DNA of 45,989 nt from Deltaproteobacteria bacterium (GTDB lineage: Bacteria > Desulfobacterota > UBA8473): NCBI GenBank assembly GCA_030643245.1, contig DAOWME010000001.1, positions 1 to 45,989 of the forward strand, read 5' to 3'. This document shows positions 16,950-27,277 of the stretch, piece by piece. Both the position numbers and the translations under genes were made by a program. Position 1 is the first letter of the stretch. Each line of letters opens with the position of its first letter. The notes beneath the pieces are model-generated. The model worked only from the letters and a program-made list of their open reading frames with translations, searched no databases and was not told the origin of the DNA.

Positions 16950-17468
16950 TCACGGCTTCGGGGCAATAATCATGGCCATGTTTCTCCCCTCAAGTTTGGG
17001 TGCTTGTTCAACTATCGCAATATCTTTAACCTCTTCCGCCACTCTATCAAGAATACTCCTGCCCATCTCCTTATGGTTAAACTCCCTACCCCTAAAGATG
17101 ACACAGACCTTCGCCTTATTTCCGTTATCCAAAAACCTCTTAATATGGCGGAGTTTATATTGGAAGTCATGTTCTTCTGTTTTTGGCCTCATTTTCACTT
17201 CTTTCACTTGAATAATGGTCTGACTCTTTTTGGCTTCATGGGCTTTCTTGCTCTGTTCATACTTGAACTTGCCATAATCCATTATTTTGCAAACTGGAGG
17301 ACGTGATTGAGGAGCGACCTCAACAAGGTCTAAGTCCTCTTCTGCAGCAATTCTTAAGGCCTCTTTTAATGGCAGTATACCGAGCTGCGTTCCTTCCTTA
17401 TTAATGACCCGCAACTCCTGGGATCTAATCCTCTCGTTTATTAGTACTCTTTTGATCTTGCTATTCAC
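16950..17468 (-). CDS. infC: Translation initiation factor IF-3
   Basis: 172 aa. [13 protein letters not shown]...LDLVEV......[17 protein letters not shown] start overlapping the thrS stop (GTGA). Confidence 0.95.
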   Translation of the reverse strand: MNSKIKRVLINERIRSQELRVINKEGTQLGILPLKEALRIAAEEDLDLVEVAPQSRPPVCKIMDYGKFKYEQSKKAHEAKKSQTIIQVKEVKMRPKTEEHDFQYKLRHIKRFLDNGNKAKVCVIFRGREFNHKEMGRSILDRVAEEVKDIAIVEQAPKLEGRNMAMIIAPKP

Positions 17469-19396
17469 CTCCTATTATGACATTCTTCTCGAACCCGCGA
17501 AATGAACTCATCTACCTTCATACGCTTAAGGTTTTCACCACTTCTCAAACGAGGGGAGACCTCCTCGTCATTCATTTCCTTGTCACCAACGACTAACATG
17601 TACGGTGTTTTCTGTAACTGGGCCTCACGTATCTTGAACCCCAATTTCTCGTTCCGAAAGTCCTTTTCAACCCTTACCCCACCGGATGTCAGTTTATCGA
17701 AAACTTCCTGAGCATAGTCTATATTTCTATCTGTAACCGTTAATACGATCGTCTGAACAGGGGCCAGCCATGTGGGGAATGCTCCTGCGTAATGTTCAAT
17801 CAACACCCCCATAAACCTTTCCAGAGCCCCCAGAATCACCCTATGCAACATGACAGGTCGCTGTTTCGTACCATTACTACTAATAAAAGTTAAATCGAAC
17901 CTTTCCGGTAAAGCAAAATCACATTGAATAGTAGCACATTGCCATTTTCTGTCAAGGGCATCTTTCAACCCTACGTCGATCTTTGGACCATAGAACGCCC
18001 CTTCACCTTCGTTGATATTATACGGGATGCCATTACTGTCGAGGACTCGTATCAAGCTCGACGTTGCTTTCTCCCATTGGAAATCGTCACCGATCGCCTT
18101 TTCCGGACGGGTACTGAGTTCCATCTCATATTCGAATCCGAATATTTTCATAACATCTTCCACAAAGTGGATAACGCCTTGGATCTCCTCCTCCAGCTGG
18201 TCTGGAGTACAGATAATATGAGCATCATCCTGGGTGAATTCTCTCACTCTGAAGAGACCATGAAGTACACCTGACTTTTCGTGGCGATGTACAGTACCCA
18301 ATTCAAAATACCTTTGAGGCAAGTCTCTATAACTTCTGGTTTTGGATTTGTAGATAAGCATATGGGCCAGACAGTTCATGGGCTTTAAGCCGTATTCCTG
18401 TCCTTCCATCTCAGTGAAGTACATATTTTCACGATAATTATCAAAATGCCCGGATTTTTTCCACATGTCTAGTTTTAATAGATGCGGCCCCCTTACCAAC
18501 TGGTAGCCCCGTTTAAGATGTTCCTCCTTTTCAAAATCCTCGAGTATTGTTCTGAGCATGGCTCCTTTGGGGTGAAAGATTACAAAACCCGCACCAGCAT
18601 CTTCATGTATGCTGAAAAGGTCTAAGGCCTTGCCTAACTTTCTGTGATCTCTTTTCTTTGCCTCCTCTAACCTGTGTAAGTAACCTTTAAGACTCTCATC
18701 GTCCGGAAAGGCCGTTCCATAAATGCGCTGCAGCATCTTGTTCTTTTCATCCCCACGCCAATAAGCTCCAGCAATGCTTGTCAACTTAAATGTCCTTATT
18801 TTTCCGGTAGAAGGTAGGTGAGGCCCCCGACACAGATCTGTAAACCCATCCTGAACATAGACTGAAACTACTTCATCATGGATCTCTTCAAGTAATTTCA
18901 CTTTATATATCTCACCTTGGTCCTCAAACATTGCAACAGCTTCATCCTTTGGCATCTCCTTCCTCACGATAGGCAAATCCTGATCTATGATCTCCTGCAT
19001 CTTCGACTCGATCGCAGTCAGGTCCTTTGGGGTAAAGTTATTTTCACAGTCGAAGTCGTAGTAGAAACCATCACCAGTAGTGGGGCCTATGGCGATCTTG
19101 ACGTCAGGATAAAGTGCTCTCACTGCCTGGGCCATAACGTGGGAGGTGCTGTGCCTAATTATATCGAGTCCCTCTTTAGAATCAGGCGTTAAAAACTCGA
19201 CATCCCCATCCTCTTGTAAAGGATAGGTCATATCAACGAGCCTTTTGTTAACCTTCCCGGCCACATAATCTTTTCCAGAGCCATTGTCAAAGCTCTTTGC
19301 CACTTCATAGAGAGGGGTCTCTTGCGGAAAGTCCTCTGAAGACCCATCAGGAAATCTCACTTGTATGCTTTCAACATCAGCTATTGTATTTTCCAT
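17465..19396 (-). CDS. thrS: Threonine--tRNA ligase
   Basis: TGS domain, HSTSH editing motif and class II core. The ATG at 19396 (MENTIADV..) is preferred over the GTG at 19426, which lies in the upstream terminator U-tract. Confidence 0.95.
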   Translation of the reverse strand: MENTIADVESIQVRFPDGSSEDFPQETPLYEVAKSFDNGSGKDYVAGKVNKRLVDMTYPLQEDGDVEFLTPDSKEGLDIIRHSTSHVMAQAVRALYPDVKIAIGPTTGDGFYYDFDCENNFTPKDLTAIESKMQEIIDQDLPIVRKEMPKDEAVAMFEDQGEIYKVKLLEEIHDEVVSVYVQDGFTDLCRGPHLPSTGKIRTFKLTSIAGAYWRGDEKNKMLQRIYGTAFPDDESLKGYLHRLEEAKKRDHRKLGKALDLFSIHEDAGAGFVIFHPKGAMLRTILEDFEKEEHLKRGYQLVRGPHLLKLDMWKKSGHFDNYRENMYFTEMEGQEYGLKPMNCLAHMLIYKSKTRSYRDLPQRYFELGTVHRHEKSGVLHGLFRVREFTQDDAHIICTPDQLEEEIQGVIHFVEDVMKIFGFEYEMELSTRPEKAIGDDFQWEKATSSLIRVLDSNGIPYNINEGEGAFYGPKIDVGLKDALDRKWQCATIQCDFALPERFDLTFISSNGTKQRPVMLHRVILGALERFMGVLIEHYAGAFPTWLAPVQTIVLTVTDRNIDYAQEVFDKLTSGGVRVEKDFRNEKLGFKIREAQLQKTPYMLVVGDKEMNDEEVSPRLRSGENLKRMKVDEFISRVREECHNRR

Positions 19397-19427
19397 CTCT
19401 ACCTGTCTATGTTTATTAGAAGTCACC

Positions 19428-19477
19428 TAAAGAAAGAAAAGGCATCACAAACAACACAATAATTATGATGCCTTTCC
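19428..19477 (-). terminator. Rho-independent terminator-like hairpin between tRNA-Val and thrS (terminator or attenuator)
   Basis: On the - strand: aaaggcatca - 18-nt loop - tgatgccttt, followed by tctttcttt. Confidence 0.5.
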
Positions 19478-19580
19478 TGATATCATGGCTGGCAACAGAA
19501 AGGTACTTGTTTCAGAGTTAAAGTCTGCATCGGGTTATGGCTTTATTTCTACAGAAATGAAGTTCACTCTTCCAATAAGA

Positions 19581-19655
19581 TGGTAGGCACGGGCGGTTTC
19601 GAACCGCCGACTTCTACCGCGTCAAGGTAGCGCTCTCCCCCTGAGCTACGTGCCT
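19581..19655 (-). tRNA. tRNA-Val (anticodon GAC)
   Basis: 75-nt cloverleaf: AGGCACG acceptor, GCTC/GAGC D-arm, CTACC-TTGACGC-GGTAG anticodon arm, GGCGG-TTCGAAA-CCGCC T-arm, encoded CCA. Confidence 0.9.
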
Positions 19656-19688
19656 ATGTAATAGGGAACCCATCAATTTATTTTTCGT

Positions 19689-19717
19689 ATTTTCTATCAC
19701 TAATCGATTTTTGTCAA
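19689..19717 (-). promoter_or_regulatory. Sigma70-like promoter candidate for tRNA-Val
   Basis: On the - strand: TTGACA (19717-19712), 17 nt, GAAAAT (19694-19689), about 35 nt upstream of the mature tRNA 5' end. Confidence 0.3.
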
Positions 19718-19847
19718 GGAAATTATTGGAATACCAGTACTTCTCGTCCCTTATCAAAGACTCGATGATGATTGGATAAAAATCACGCAGGCTAACGCAT
19801 AGACTGCCTCGCCCATTAGAATCGCTGTCGGGATATTCCACTGTAAT

Positions 19848-21806
19848 TCACTGTGCTTCGGGTGATGCTGATACGCATGTGACGGATACGATATCTGATT
19901 TTGCACTCTCTAAGCCCATCTTATCCATTGCAGTGATCTGGTATTCATGCTTCTTTCCGGGTTTGGTAACGGTTATCCTGAACTCATTAGTGTCTATCTC
20001 TCCAACCAGGTTACTTCCAAGCATCCCTCTTTCGTACACTCGATATATTATAACATCCTGTTCAGGGTTGACATTCCATGTCAACCTTATCTCATTTATC
20101 TCACAGGCAACCCTCAAACCACTCGGCTTGGTCGGTAGTGATCTGGTTATTGCGACTACTATTTCGGACTGCGGGCTTTCCAAACCATCTATATCCATAG
20201 CCTGAACCTTATACCTATACATGGTGCCATCTTCCAGGTTCTTGTCAACGTAATAGGCTTCTTGTCCTGTCAGAGCAACGATCTTCTCGAAATCTCCATC
20301 GGGGTAGTACGCCCTGAATAGCCTGTATTCCTTGATCCCTCCCTCCGAATTTTCGTTCCACCTTAGGATTACCTCTTTAGCTCTGTTATTCAACGCTTCC
20401 AACCCAGCAGGGGACTGCGGGAGAGGTTTAGTACTGGCAGACACCACTAGTGAACCTCCTGTCTCTGCCTTTTCTCTATTGTAAGCCGATATATAGAAAT
20501 AGTACGTGGCATTATCCTCCAACTGTCTACCATCCTTCTTCTTTTGGTAGTAGTAGACCGTCTTCTTTCTCGATGTTATATCCTCAATCTCCACAAAACT
20601 ACGCTCTCTATCCGTACTTCCGTAAATTTTGTATCCTTTCACCCCCTCATGGGGGTGCATATCCCATCTTAGCGAGACCCTTCTCGCCAGACCACCCTCT
20701 GCCCTCAGCCCTGTGGGTATCCTCACAGTACAACCTGATACGGGTATCGACCCACGACTCTCTGAGCCATTCTCACTGTATGCAGAAATCCTGTAGAAAT
20801 ATGTTGTTCCATCCATTAATTTCGTATCTCTAAACAAAGGCTTAATGGGACCAATCTCGGCAATAATCTCATAATTTCCTTCCTCTGAATCACTCCTCCA
20901 AATTCGGTATCCCTTGAGTTTCAGCCCACACTCGTTGCTCTGAGAACTGGAAGACCACGCCAATCGAATACTTCTTACATCGGGCTCCGCCTCCACGTTA
21001 CCGGGGACGTCTGAGGCCATCGCTGTTGTGGCAAATGCCACACTTGACATCTCACTCTCTAGGCTGTCCCGGTCTAAAGCCACTATCTTATAGTAGTAAG
21101 TCCTTCCATTCTCCAGCCCCGTGTCCACAACCCTGTTCTCTATTGCCTTCGCTACTTGTTGGAATTCACTGTTGGGAGAACCACTGCGATATATCTTATA
21201 TCCTACCAGGTCGCGTTCAGTATTTGCATCCCACCTCAACAATACCTGACGGACCTGTCCAATTGCTATGAGGCCAATCGGAATCTTGGGGCCAGTTGCC
21301 ATCATACGATGAACATCCCTTATCTTTCTTACCATCCTCACAACCATATTATGTAATTCCGAATCGCTCTCGGTCTTTTCGGTCTGGACGATCTCAATCT
21401 TACCGGTCTCTACGTTGATCACCCTAATGTCAGTTTCGACTAAGGTACCAAACTTAGCGACACTACGATTACCAGTATCAGACACATAGATATTCCCCTC
21501 TTTCCCCATGATGAGGCCGCGAGGTTTCCTAAATTGCCCGGGCTTACTGCCCTTTTCTTTTCTCAGGAGCCGAGTCGTCTTCCCCGTCGGGTCAAGGACC
21601 TGTATCTGGTCCTTCCCCCTGTTCAAAACATAAATGTACCCGCTTTGATCGGCCATCACAGAACTCACCTTCTTCGTATCGTCGCCAGTAATCCGTTTTA
21701 TAAAGCTCACGACCTCGACAGGATGCGAGATTCCGGGAAGGCTCAACACGAGAGACAGGCACAAGAATACGTTTACAAAAAGCATTAACGATGATCTTGC
21801 ATACAT
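19848..21806 (-). CDS. Secreted NHL-repeat plus multi-FN3 (fibronectin type III) protein
   Basis: Signal peptide from the ATG at 21806 (MYARSSLMLFVNVFLCLSLVLSLPG). NHL-like YVLNRG..QVLD / NIYVSDTGN, then about 5 repeats of the pattern L.W......V.GY.IYR......F..I......Y.D..L..GT.Y.Y.V.A.D..G.ES. Confidence 0.75.
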   Translation of the reverse strand: MYARSSLMLFVNVFLCLSLVLSLPGISHPVEVVSFIKRITGDDTKKVSSVMADQSGYIYVLNRGKDQIQVLDPTGKTTRLLRKEKGSKPGQFRKPRGLIMGKEGNIYVSDTGNRSVAKFGTLVETDIRVINVETGKIEIVQTEKTESDSELHNMVVRMVRKIRDVHRMMATGPKIPIGLIAIGQVRQVLLRWDANTERDLVGYKIYRSGSPNSEFQQVAKAIENRVVDTGLENGRTYYYKIVALDRDSLESEMSSVAFATTAMASDVPGNVEAEPDVRSIRLAWSSSSQSNECGLKLKGYRIWRSDSEEGNYEIIAEIGPIKPLFRDTKLMDGTTYFYRISAYSENGSESRGSIPVSGCTVRIPTGLRAEGGLARRVSLRWDMHPHEGVKGYKIYGSTDRERSFVEIEDITSRKKTVYYYQKKKDGRQLEDNATYYFYISAYNREKAETGGSLVVSASTKPLPQSPAGLEALNNRAKEVILRWNENSEGGIKEYRLFRAYYPDGDFEKIVALTGQEAYYVDKNLEDGTMYRYKVQAMDIDGLESPQSEIVVAITRSLPTKPSGLRVACEINEIRLTWNVNPEQDVIIYRVYERGMLGSNLVGEIDTNEFRITVTKPGKKHEYQITAMDKMGLESAKSDIVSVTCVSASPEAQ

Positions 21807-21860
21807 GGCGCTACTCCCGCAGGAAGTCCATAGTTTATCCTTCACAGTTGCGGTAATCAC

Positions 21861-22206
21861 TTATAGATTTCTTTTGGATTGATCACTTTCACAGGATCCC
21901 CATGTCCTCTTCCTGCTCAGGATCTTGCTTCCCCGGTAAATATAGTGAGCCCCTGAGACTATTGTGGAGATCCCTTCAGCCCAGATAATGACAGATAAGA
22001 TATTGTCATCGATCATGTTTGAGTAATTATTTAGTAAGACACTGAAAATAGTAAGAAGCTGAAGGCAAGTGGTAAGTTTGCTGGCAATGCTAGGCTTGGT
22101 ACCACCTTGTGGGAAGTAAAGAAGAAGACCATTATCCCGACGATTATCAAGATGTCACGGCTCACAACGGTCACTGTCAGCCAATTGGGAACGATCTTCA
22201 AGGAAA
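21861..22206 (-). pseudogene. CDP-alcohol phosphatidyltransferase (pgsA-like) remnant, 5'-truncated and frameshifted
   Basis: Two - strand frames carry consecutive pieces: IVPNWLTVTVVSRDILIIVG... then KPSIASKLTTCLQLLTIFSVLL...VIIWAEGISTIVSGAHYIYRG (typical C-terminal half of the family). There is no N-terminal DG..D..AR motif region, and the 5' end abuts a repeat fragment. Confidence 0.6.
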
Positions 22207-22248
22207 TAAGGGACGTGGCCGAAATAACTTCCTCAAGTTGGCGCTCAG
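22207..22248 (+). repeat. Intergenic hairpin repeat, copy 4 (42-bp left-end fragment)
   Basis: taagggacgtggccgaaataacttcctcaagttggcgctcag, then unrelated sequence. Confidence 0.8.
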
Positions 22249-22277
22249 GGGTTAAAAAATTGGGTGTGTTCATAAAA

Positions 22278-23063
22278 TTACATGTTACCCTCTGAATCTA
22301 TCTTTATCCTTTCATCTCTCCGCTTATTCCAAAAAACCCAATCATTAATATCCTCTTCTCGTGAAAAGTATACGGGTTTTAAAGCCTTTCCCTCAGGCGT
22401 AATAATTATTTTCTGCATATCCTTTACTATGTATTCCCACTCCTCCAGGCTAACCTCGCGAGGGCCTGGCACCTGCCGGGGGCCTGGAACCTCTCTGAGT
22501 CCCCCAACTTCAGAGACGGGTCTGGGGATCTCCCTCGGAGGACCAGTCACACGTATCCTCCCCTTGTAGACCTTGATAAGCACTGACTTATCTTTCCTGA
22601 CGTTCATTCTATAGACAGTGCCTTTGACACCTGCCACAGCATTTTCACTAGTTATCTCAAATCCATTGTTTCTCCCCACAAGTTCTTTGACGTTAGCCCA
22701 GCTCCTGCCCAAAAATAATCTGAGCTTGAAGCTTCTACTCCCACTTTCCCTCTCATAGCTCAAATCACTGACCTTGAAGCTAGTGTTATCTGCAAATCGA
22801 ACAAAACTTCCATCCGGCAGCCTTATCTCTAATAAAGCTTTTTCACATGTGCTCACCCTATCCTCTTCATAGAGCACATCCTGTACCTTCAAGGGAATCC
22901 TATCACCCTCTCCTTTATGCAAGGCGAAGGCCTTCCCCCGGAGCAAGGTGACGATAGCCCGGTCTTCGGGAGTTCCGGTCTCTTTACAAAGAGAGTCGGA
23001 TACAAAAAAAAGACTCAGTATCAGTAGTATACTCAAATATATTGCCGATCCGAACTTTCTCAT
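22278..23063 (-). CDS. FecR-domain periplasmic protein
   Basis: 261 aa with a signal peptide. GKAFALHKGEG...L.V.DVLYEEDRV.T...LLEIRLPDGSFVRFADNTSFKV is FecR-like. Short PGPR(E/Q)V tandem repeats in the C-terminal half. Confidence 0.7.
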   Translation of the reverse strand: MRKFGSAIYLSILLILSLFFVSDSLCKETGTPEDRAIVTLLRGKAFALHKGEGDRIPLKVQDVLYEEDRVSTCEKALLEIRLPDGSFVRFADNTSFKVSDLSYERESGSRSFKLRLFLGRSWANVKELVGRNNGFEITSENAVAGVKGTVYRMNVRKDKSVLIKVYKGRIRVTGPPREIPRPVSEVGGLREVPGPRQVPGPREVSLEEWEYIVKDMQKIIITPEGKALKPVYFSREEDINDWVFWNKRRDERIKIDSEGNM

Positions 23064-23070
23064 GGATATA

Positions 23071-23388
23071 CTATTCCAACTCTCTTAATGTCACCTCAAT
23101 AGTCTGGAGGGAGTGACTGGCATAGACATCCAGACTATAAGGGGCATAACCCTCTTTCTTTATCTCTATCTTGTGGGTACCACTGCTGAGTTTTATATAG
23201 CCTGGCTTCCCATCATATTTGTTCACCTCTCCCATGGAAACCCCGTCTATAAAAACCTCTGCATCAGCGGGATTGCAGAGAATCTTCAATGCCCCTTCGT
23301 TACCCACGCCTATGATAGCTTCTCTCGGGGTACCACACCCCAATAAAATAAAGACCAGAACCAGAGATACAAAGACCACTTTCTTCAT
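23071..23388 (-). CDS. PEGA-domain lipoprotein
   Basis: From the ATG at 23388 (MKKVVFVSLVLVFILLGCG lipobox). ADAEVFIDGVSMG....IKLSSGTHKIEIKKEGYAPY is a PEGA motif. Confidence 0.75.
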   Translation of the reverse strand: MKKVVFVSLVLVFILLGCGTPREAIIGVGNEGALKILCNPADAEVFIDGVSMGEVNKYDGKPGYIKLSSGTHKIEIKKEGYAPYSLDVYASHSLQTIEVTLRELE

Positions 23389-23466
23389 ACTCAAATACCT
23401 TTCTGACAGACGAAACGCCCGCCCCAATACGTATTGAAGGAAACCTGTGGATGGGAAGAAAATTCG

Positions 23467-24399
23467 CTATGGTTTAAGCTTGACCACATCATTGACCTTG
23501 AGTCCCATCCCGGACTTGATGACAACCTTGGTTAGGTTTCTTCCGACATAACCTGTAACCATCAGTTCACCTCTCATCTGACCTTCTTCTCTCCCCAACA
23601 AAACATGGGTCTCAGGGTCATAGATCTTTTCGCCCAATGAATAAACTCCCAAAACATCACCGATATTTAACCCCACATCCTTGCCGGCATTTATATATGC
23701 ATTTGAGCCGCTTATCTTCGCAATCCTTCCGCTCCACTCTACGGTCTGCAACTGTCTGACAAGGTTATCCATAAATTTCACGATGGCGGACCTTAATGCG
23801 TTTTGTCCCATGGTTTCGTCATAACCACCACGCTGCCCTAACCCAAATACTTCAGAGATCTTCTTTTCGAAGACACCGGAGCCTGAATCAGCAAAAAGCA
23901 ATTGTCCCGTGGTGGTGTCCACTACCCTGACATCTACGGTGCATTCTGCTTTCTGAATTTTCTGTTTGTATACGCCGTAATCCTTTCCCTCTGTTTTTAC
24001 ACCGAACTGGGATATGGAACCGGTTACGATGGCGTTCAAACCTAGTATCTTCCCTGCCTGGGCGGCTGTCGCAGGGTTAACCGCACCCGACTGTCCCAGG
24101 GCCTGTTCTCCCAGAACCTTCTGTAATTGCTCTCTCTCGACCATGATGAATGCTCCTGTCTTAAAGAGCTCAGTAGTCAGGATATCGGAAGCAGACGACC
24201 CCAATCTTCCCTTGCCATAGGTCGACTTGTTCACAAAATCCACTATACCTACCCTCTTTTTAGGCCCTTTGGACGCTATCTTGGGGGGTGCTGGCTCTTC
24301 TTTCTGGGGAGCCGCTGTCATCGTGGGCATATGGGCGCAGCCAAAAGTACACAAGAATAGTGCAGTAACTAAACACGTCATGATTTTATTATTCAACAT
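23467..24399 (-). CDS. CsgG/HfaB-family outer-membrane lipoprotein (secretion channel-like)
   Basis: 310 aa with lipobox LCTFGC. RVGIVDFVNKS.....LGSSASDILTTELFKTGAFIMVEREQLQKVLGEQALGQSG...AAQAGKILGLNAIVTGSISQFG is the CsgG-family core. Confidence 0.8.
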   Translation of the reverse strand: MLNNKIMTCLVTALFLCTFGCAHMPTMTAAPQKEEPAPPKIASKGPKKRVGIVDFVNKSTYGKGRLGSSASDILTTELFKTGAFIMVEREQLQKVLGEQALGQSGAVNPATAAQAGKILGLNAIVTGSISQFGVKTEGKDYGVYKQKIQKAECTVDVRVVDTTTGQLLFADSGSGVFEKKISEVFGLGQRGGYDETMGQNALRSAIVKFMDNLVRQLQTVEWSGRIAKISGSNAYINAGKDVGLNIGDVLGVYSLGEKIYDPETHVLLGREEGQMRGELMVTGYVGRNLTKVVIKSGMGLKVNDVVKLKP

Positions 24400-24462
24400 A
24401 ACCTACCCTCCTATAACTCATGACACATTACTCATGCCATGTCGCATATAACATCATATCCC

Positions 24463-25125
24463 TTACTGTCCCAGGCAGCCGCCTCCGCCTTGAGACGGAA
24501 CATAGCGAGGTCCATTGGGCAATGTAGAAAATGTCATGTTAATCACCCGTATCACGTAAGGTTCATATTCCTGCAAGGCAGCAAAGGACAGGTTGTCGAC
24601 CATGTCGACCATGTCATCACTTTCGAGTACAAACTTTTTCTCCGCGACCTCGTGCTCTGATTCCCAAATCTGTCCCCCGGTCCTTGCATCTATGAGTTGA
24701 AACCTGGCGCCCACTTTTACTGAAGAGTAAACCACCAAATAAGTGGTACTCCACTCCGTTACAGTCGCATACAGCAACGCATCAACATTGAGAAGCTCCC
24801 CTATCTCCAAGGGGGTCATGGAACCAAGTTGACCCGCCTCTCGTATGCCCTTTTGGGCGAGTAAGGAGTCGATCCCTGCGACCGCGGGTGTTGCGTAACC
24901 CTTACTGAGAATTATGCTGTAGAGCCTTGGTCTGAAAACACCGCCTGCATCCATGTCCGTGGTTTCATTCTGCACAGGCAACACGGCAATTGACATTGGC
25001 ATCTTATCCTGGTAGTCAGGAACATTACTGTGAGGGATTTTAATCGCACAACTACTGGGAAGAAAAAGGATAATTGAAAGAATGAAGATATGTCTTGCCT
25101 TCATCCCCGTCTTCCTGCTTATCAT
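24463..25125 (-). CDS. DUF799 (GNA1162-like) lipoprotein, copy 2
   Basis: From the ATG at 25125 (MISRKTGMKARHIFILSIILFLPSSC lipobox; GAGGAG SD). IAVLPVQNETTDMDA..VFRP....LSKGY.....ID.LL....I.EAGQL......E.G.LL.VDALLY.TVTEWST. Confidence 0.7.
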   Translation of the reverse strand: MISRKTGMKARHIFILSIILFLPSSCAIKIPHSNVPDYQDKMPMSIAVLPVQNETTDMDAGGVFRPRLYSIILSKGYATPAVAGIDSLLAQKGIREAGQLGSMTPLEIGELLNVDALLYATVTEWSTTYLVVYSSVKVGARFQLIDARTGGQIWESEHEVAEKKFVLESDDMVDMVDNLSFAALQEYEPYVIRVINMTFSTLPNGPRYVPSQGGGGCLGQ

Positions 25126-25888
25126 AGCAAACTCCTCTTCTGGTATATAGCCTCCAGTCCTCAAGAAACGTGAAAGAGCATACTGAACACCCCCCTTCAC
25201 CCATGAAAGGGTGGAGAGAAAACGGACAAATAAGTCTATCCCTCACTTTGCGAGAAATATGCCTGCGGTGCTTTCCAGGGTGGATATGCCTGTAACCGTT
25301 GGGTAACGTGGAAAATGCAGCATTGATAAGTTTCTTGACGTAAGGATCATATCTGCGCAAGAGAGCAAAAGTCAAGATCTCCTCTATGGCATCCTCATCC
25401 AACGAGAACTTCCATTCAGCAACTTCATGCTCCGATTTCCAGAGTTTCTGTCCTGTCCGCGTATCAAAGATCTGAAATCTGGCCCCTACATTTATTGAGG
25501 CGTAATTCACCAGATAGGTAGTACTCCACTCCGTCACCGTAGTATATAGCACCGCATCAACACTGAGGAGCTCCCCTATCTCGTGAGGGGTCATGGAACC
25601 AAGCTGACCTGCCTCCCTTATATCCCTTTCCAGGAGTTTTGAATCAATCACCGCTGTCTGAGGGGACAGATATCCTTTATGGGTAACCATATCAACCAGC
25701 CATGGTCTGAACACCTTCGGTGCGTCCATGTCCACGGTTTCATTCTGAACAGGCAACACGGCAATTGACGTCGGCATCCTCTCTTTATAATCCGGCGTCA
25801 CATAATGAGATATCCTCGGCACACAACCACTGAAAGTGAAGACCACCATTAAGAAGAAGAGGCTAAATTCGGGACATCTCACGTACAC
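25052..25888 (-). CDS. DUF799 (GNA1162-like) lipoprotein, copy 1, with an atypical ~80-aa C-terminal extension
   Basis: Lipobox VFTFSGC. Roughly 60% identical by eye to the downstream paralogue over the core. The tail past STLPNG overlaps the next gene by 74 nt. Confidence 0.65.
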   Translation of the reverse strand: MYVRCPEFSLFFLMVVFTFSGCVPRISHYVTPDYKERMPTSIAVLPVQNETVDMDAPKVFRPWLVDMVTHKGYLSPQTAVIDSKLLERDIREAGQLGSMTPHEIGELLSVDAVLYTTVTEWSTTYLVNYASINVGARFQIFDTRTGQKLWKSEHEVAEWKFSLDEDAIEEILTFALLRRYDPYVKKLINAAFSTLPNGYRHIHPGKHRRHISRKVRDRLICPFSLHPFMGEGGCSVCSFTFLEDWRLYTRRGVCYDKQEDGDEGKTYLHSFNYPFSSQ

Positions 25889-25907
25889 TCCCTCTCAAAA
25901 TAGTGCA

Positions 25908-27134
25908 TTACTTGGGGAGGATAGTAAGTTCGATCGCGTTCTGTGTCATCTTGGTAATATCGATCGAAAACTTCTGAAAACTCTTGGTAGCCAATTCATC
26001 AGCAAGAGATTGGGCATCACCCTTTATGTCTAAATCAATCCTGGCTACACCCGCAGATATGCTTCTCTGATGAACGCCTTTAACCCCTCGCACCTCTCCT
26101 TTCAACACATTCTTGAGACTCAGGAAATCTTGATAGCTGGAGATCCCGTTCACGGTCATTTGAACGAGCGTGGTCCCCCCAATCTCATCGCGATGTGTAC
26201 CCAGTATCTGGTCCATGAGTTTGGAGGCCAAGTCAGAAGTCGACTTTTTAAGTGCCTCTGTTCCGGCCGTGATCTCATCTATGTGGACCGCGGCTCCATG
26301 GCTGCTTGTTGAAGCGATAAACGCCCCGGTGTCGGTTCGGATCGCCCGTGCCGTTACGTTTGCCTGGCAAGATTTCATCGAAGAATTCATTACATTGCCC
26401 ACATATTTAGCCAGTGCCTTGCCAACGATTACCACATCAGCATCGTACTGATTTCCAAGGGACACAGCCGTGTTGTCATTTAGGTTCATGACCCGGTAAT
26501 CCTTGCTTACACTCATGTTTCCAGCCTTGGCAGCGTGATCAACAACATTGAAACCCTTTTCCCTGAATTTCTCAACCAAGACGGTTTCAGTAACGGAGAG
26601 GTCCGTTTCAGAGGCATGATTCCCCCACCAATATCGGTATTGTTCGTGACCTATGTTCTGCTCCGCAATCAAGAAGATGACCCTCGGTTTGTGCTTCCTT
26701 GCCAGTATAAGGTCTATGGCTGACAGGTCATTCTTGAGATCGCCCATTGCCACGGTGGCTTGTACTGTAACCTTGTAAATGGGTTCAACAGAAGCCTCCG
26801 ATATTATCCTGTAGTTTTGTATATACCCCTGGGTTTTCGTGTAGATCTTATCACTTAGGAGTTGATAGTTTTCAACCCTGGTCTCCGAGGATACCATAGT
26901 ACCCACAGCCTGTTCAACCGCCTTTCTCAACGCATCTTCGATGGCGCTGTCTCTGGCCATGGCCTTGTCATTATTCCGAATGGCGGCCATACCCTCTGCA
27001 CTCACTACCAGTGATTGAAGAGTCTGCTGCGCAACTGCATAACCAGCGAAAATAACGGTCACCAGAAAACACAGAGACCATACCCTAATCGGTTTCTCCA
27101 AGACACCCCCTCCTTCTTTGTTTAAGGACAACAT
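25908..27134 (-). CDS. Periplasmic LPP20/FlgT-N-like plus TolB-N/CsgG-like fold protein (hypothetical)
   Basis: 408 aa with a signal peptide. The N-terminal AEGMAAI..ND.AMARDSAIEDALRKAVEQAVG pattern is LPP20/FlgT_N-like. The middle region (PRVIFLIAEQN...FREKGFNVVD...LGNQYDADVVIVGKA) resembles lipoprotein-activator folds. Start uncertain. Confidence 0.45.
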   Translation of the reverse strand: MLSLNKEGGGVLEKPIRVWSLCFLVTVIFAGYAVAQQTLQSLVVSAEGMAAIRNNDKAMARDSAIEDALRKAVEQAVGTMVSSETRVENYQLLSDKIYTKTQGYIQNYRIISEASVEPIYKVTVQATVAMGDLKNDLSAIDLILARKHKPRVIFLIAEQNIGHEQYRYWWGNHASETDLSVTETVLVEKFREKGFNVVDHAAKAGNMSVSKDYRVMNLNDNTAVSLGNQYDADVVIVGKALAKYVGNVMNSSMKSCQANVTARAIRTDTGAFIASTSSHGAAVHIDEITAGTEALKKSTSDLASKLMDQILGTHRDEIGGTTLVQMTVNGISSYQDFLSLKNVLKGEVRGVKGVHQRSISAGVARIDLDIKGDAQSLADELATKSFQKFSIDITKMTQNAIELTILPK

Positions 27135-27277
27135 CTTTCACTTTGCAGGGCTTCGGCCAACGGCTTGATCTTACCTCGATCTGTTATCTGTCATTTCGTC
27201 CCCGTCCCTTAGCCTATTCCGACCCGTCAAGGCCGACCTCCAACTTTTATATATCTTCGGTTGTCTTCTCATTTTCT

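Noticed and set aside
22031-22273. 80-aa - strand ORF as a real small membrane protein.
   Set aside because: Its N-terminus (..PERQLEEVISAT..) is translated from the repeat fragment, and the rest is one frame of the pgsA-like remnant. It is better explained as a pseudogene chimera.
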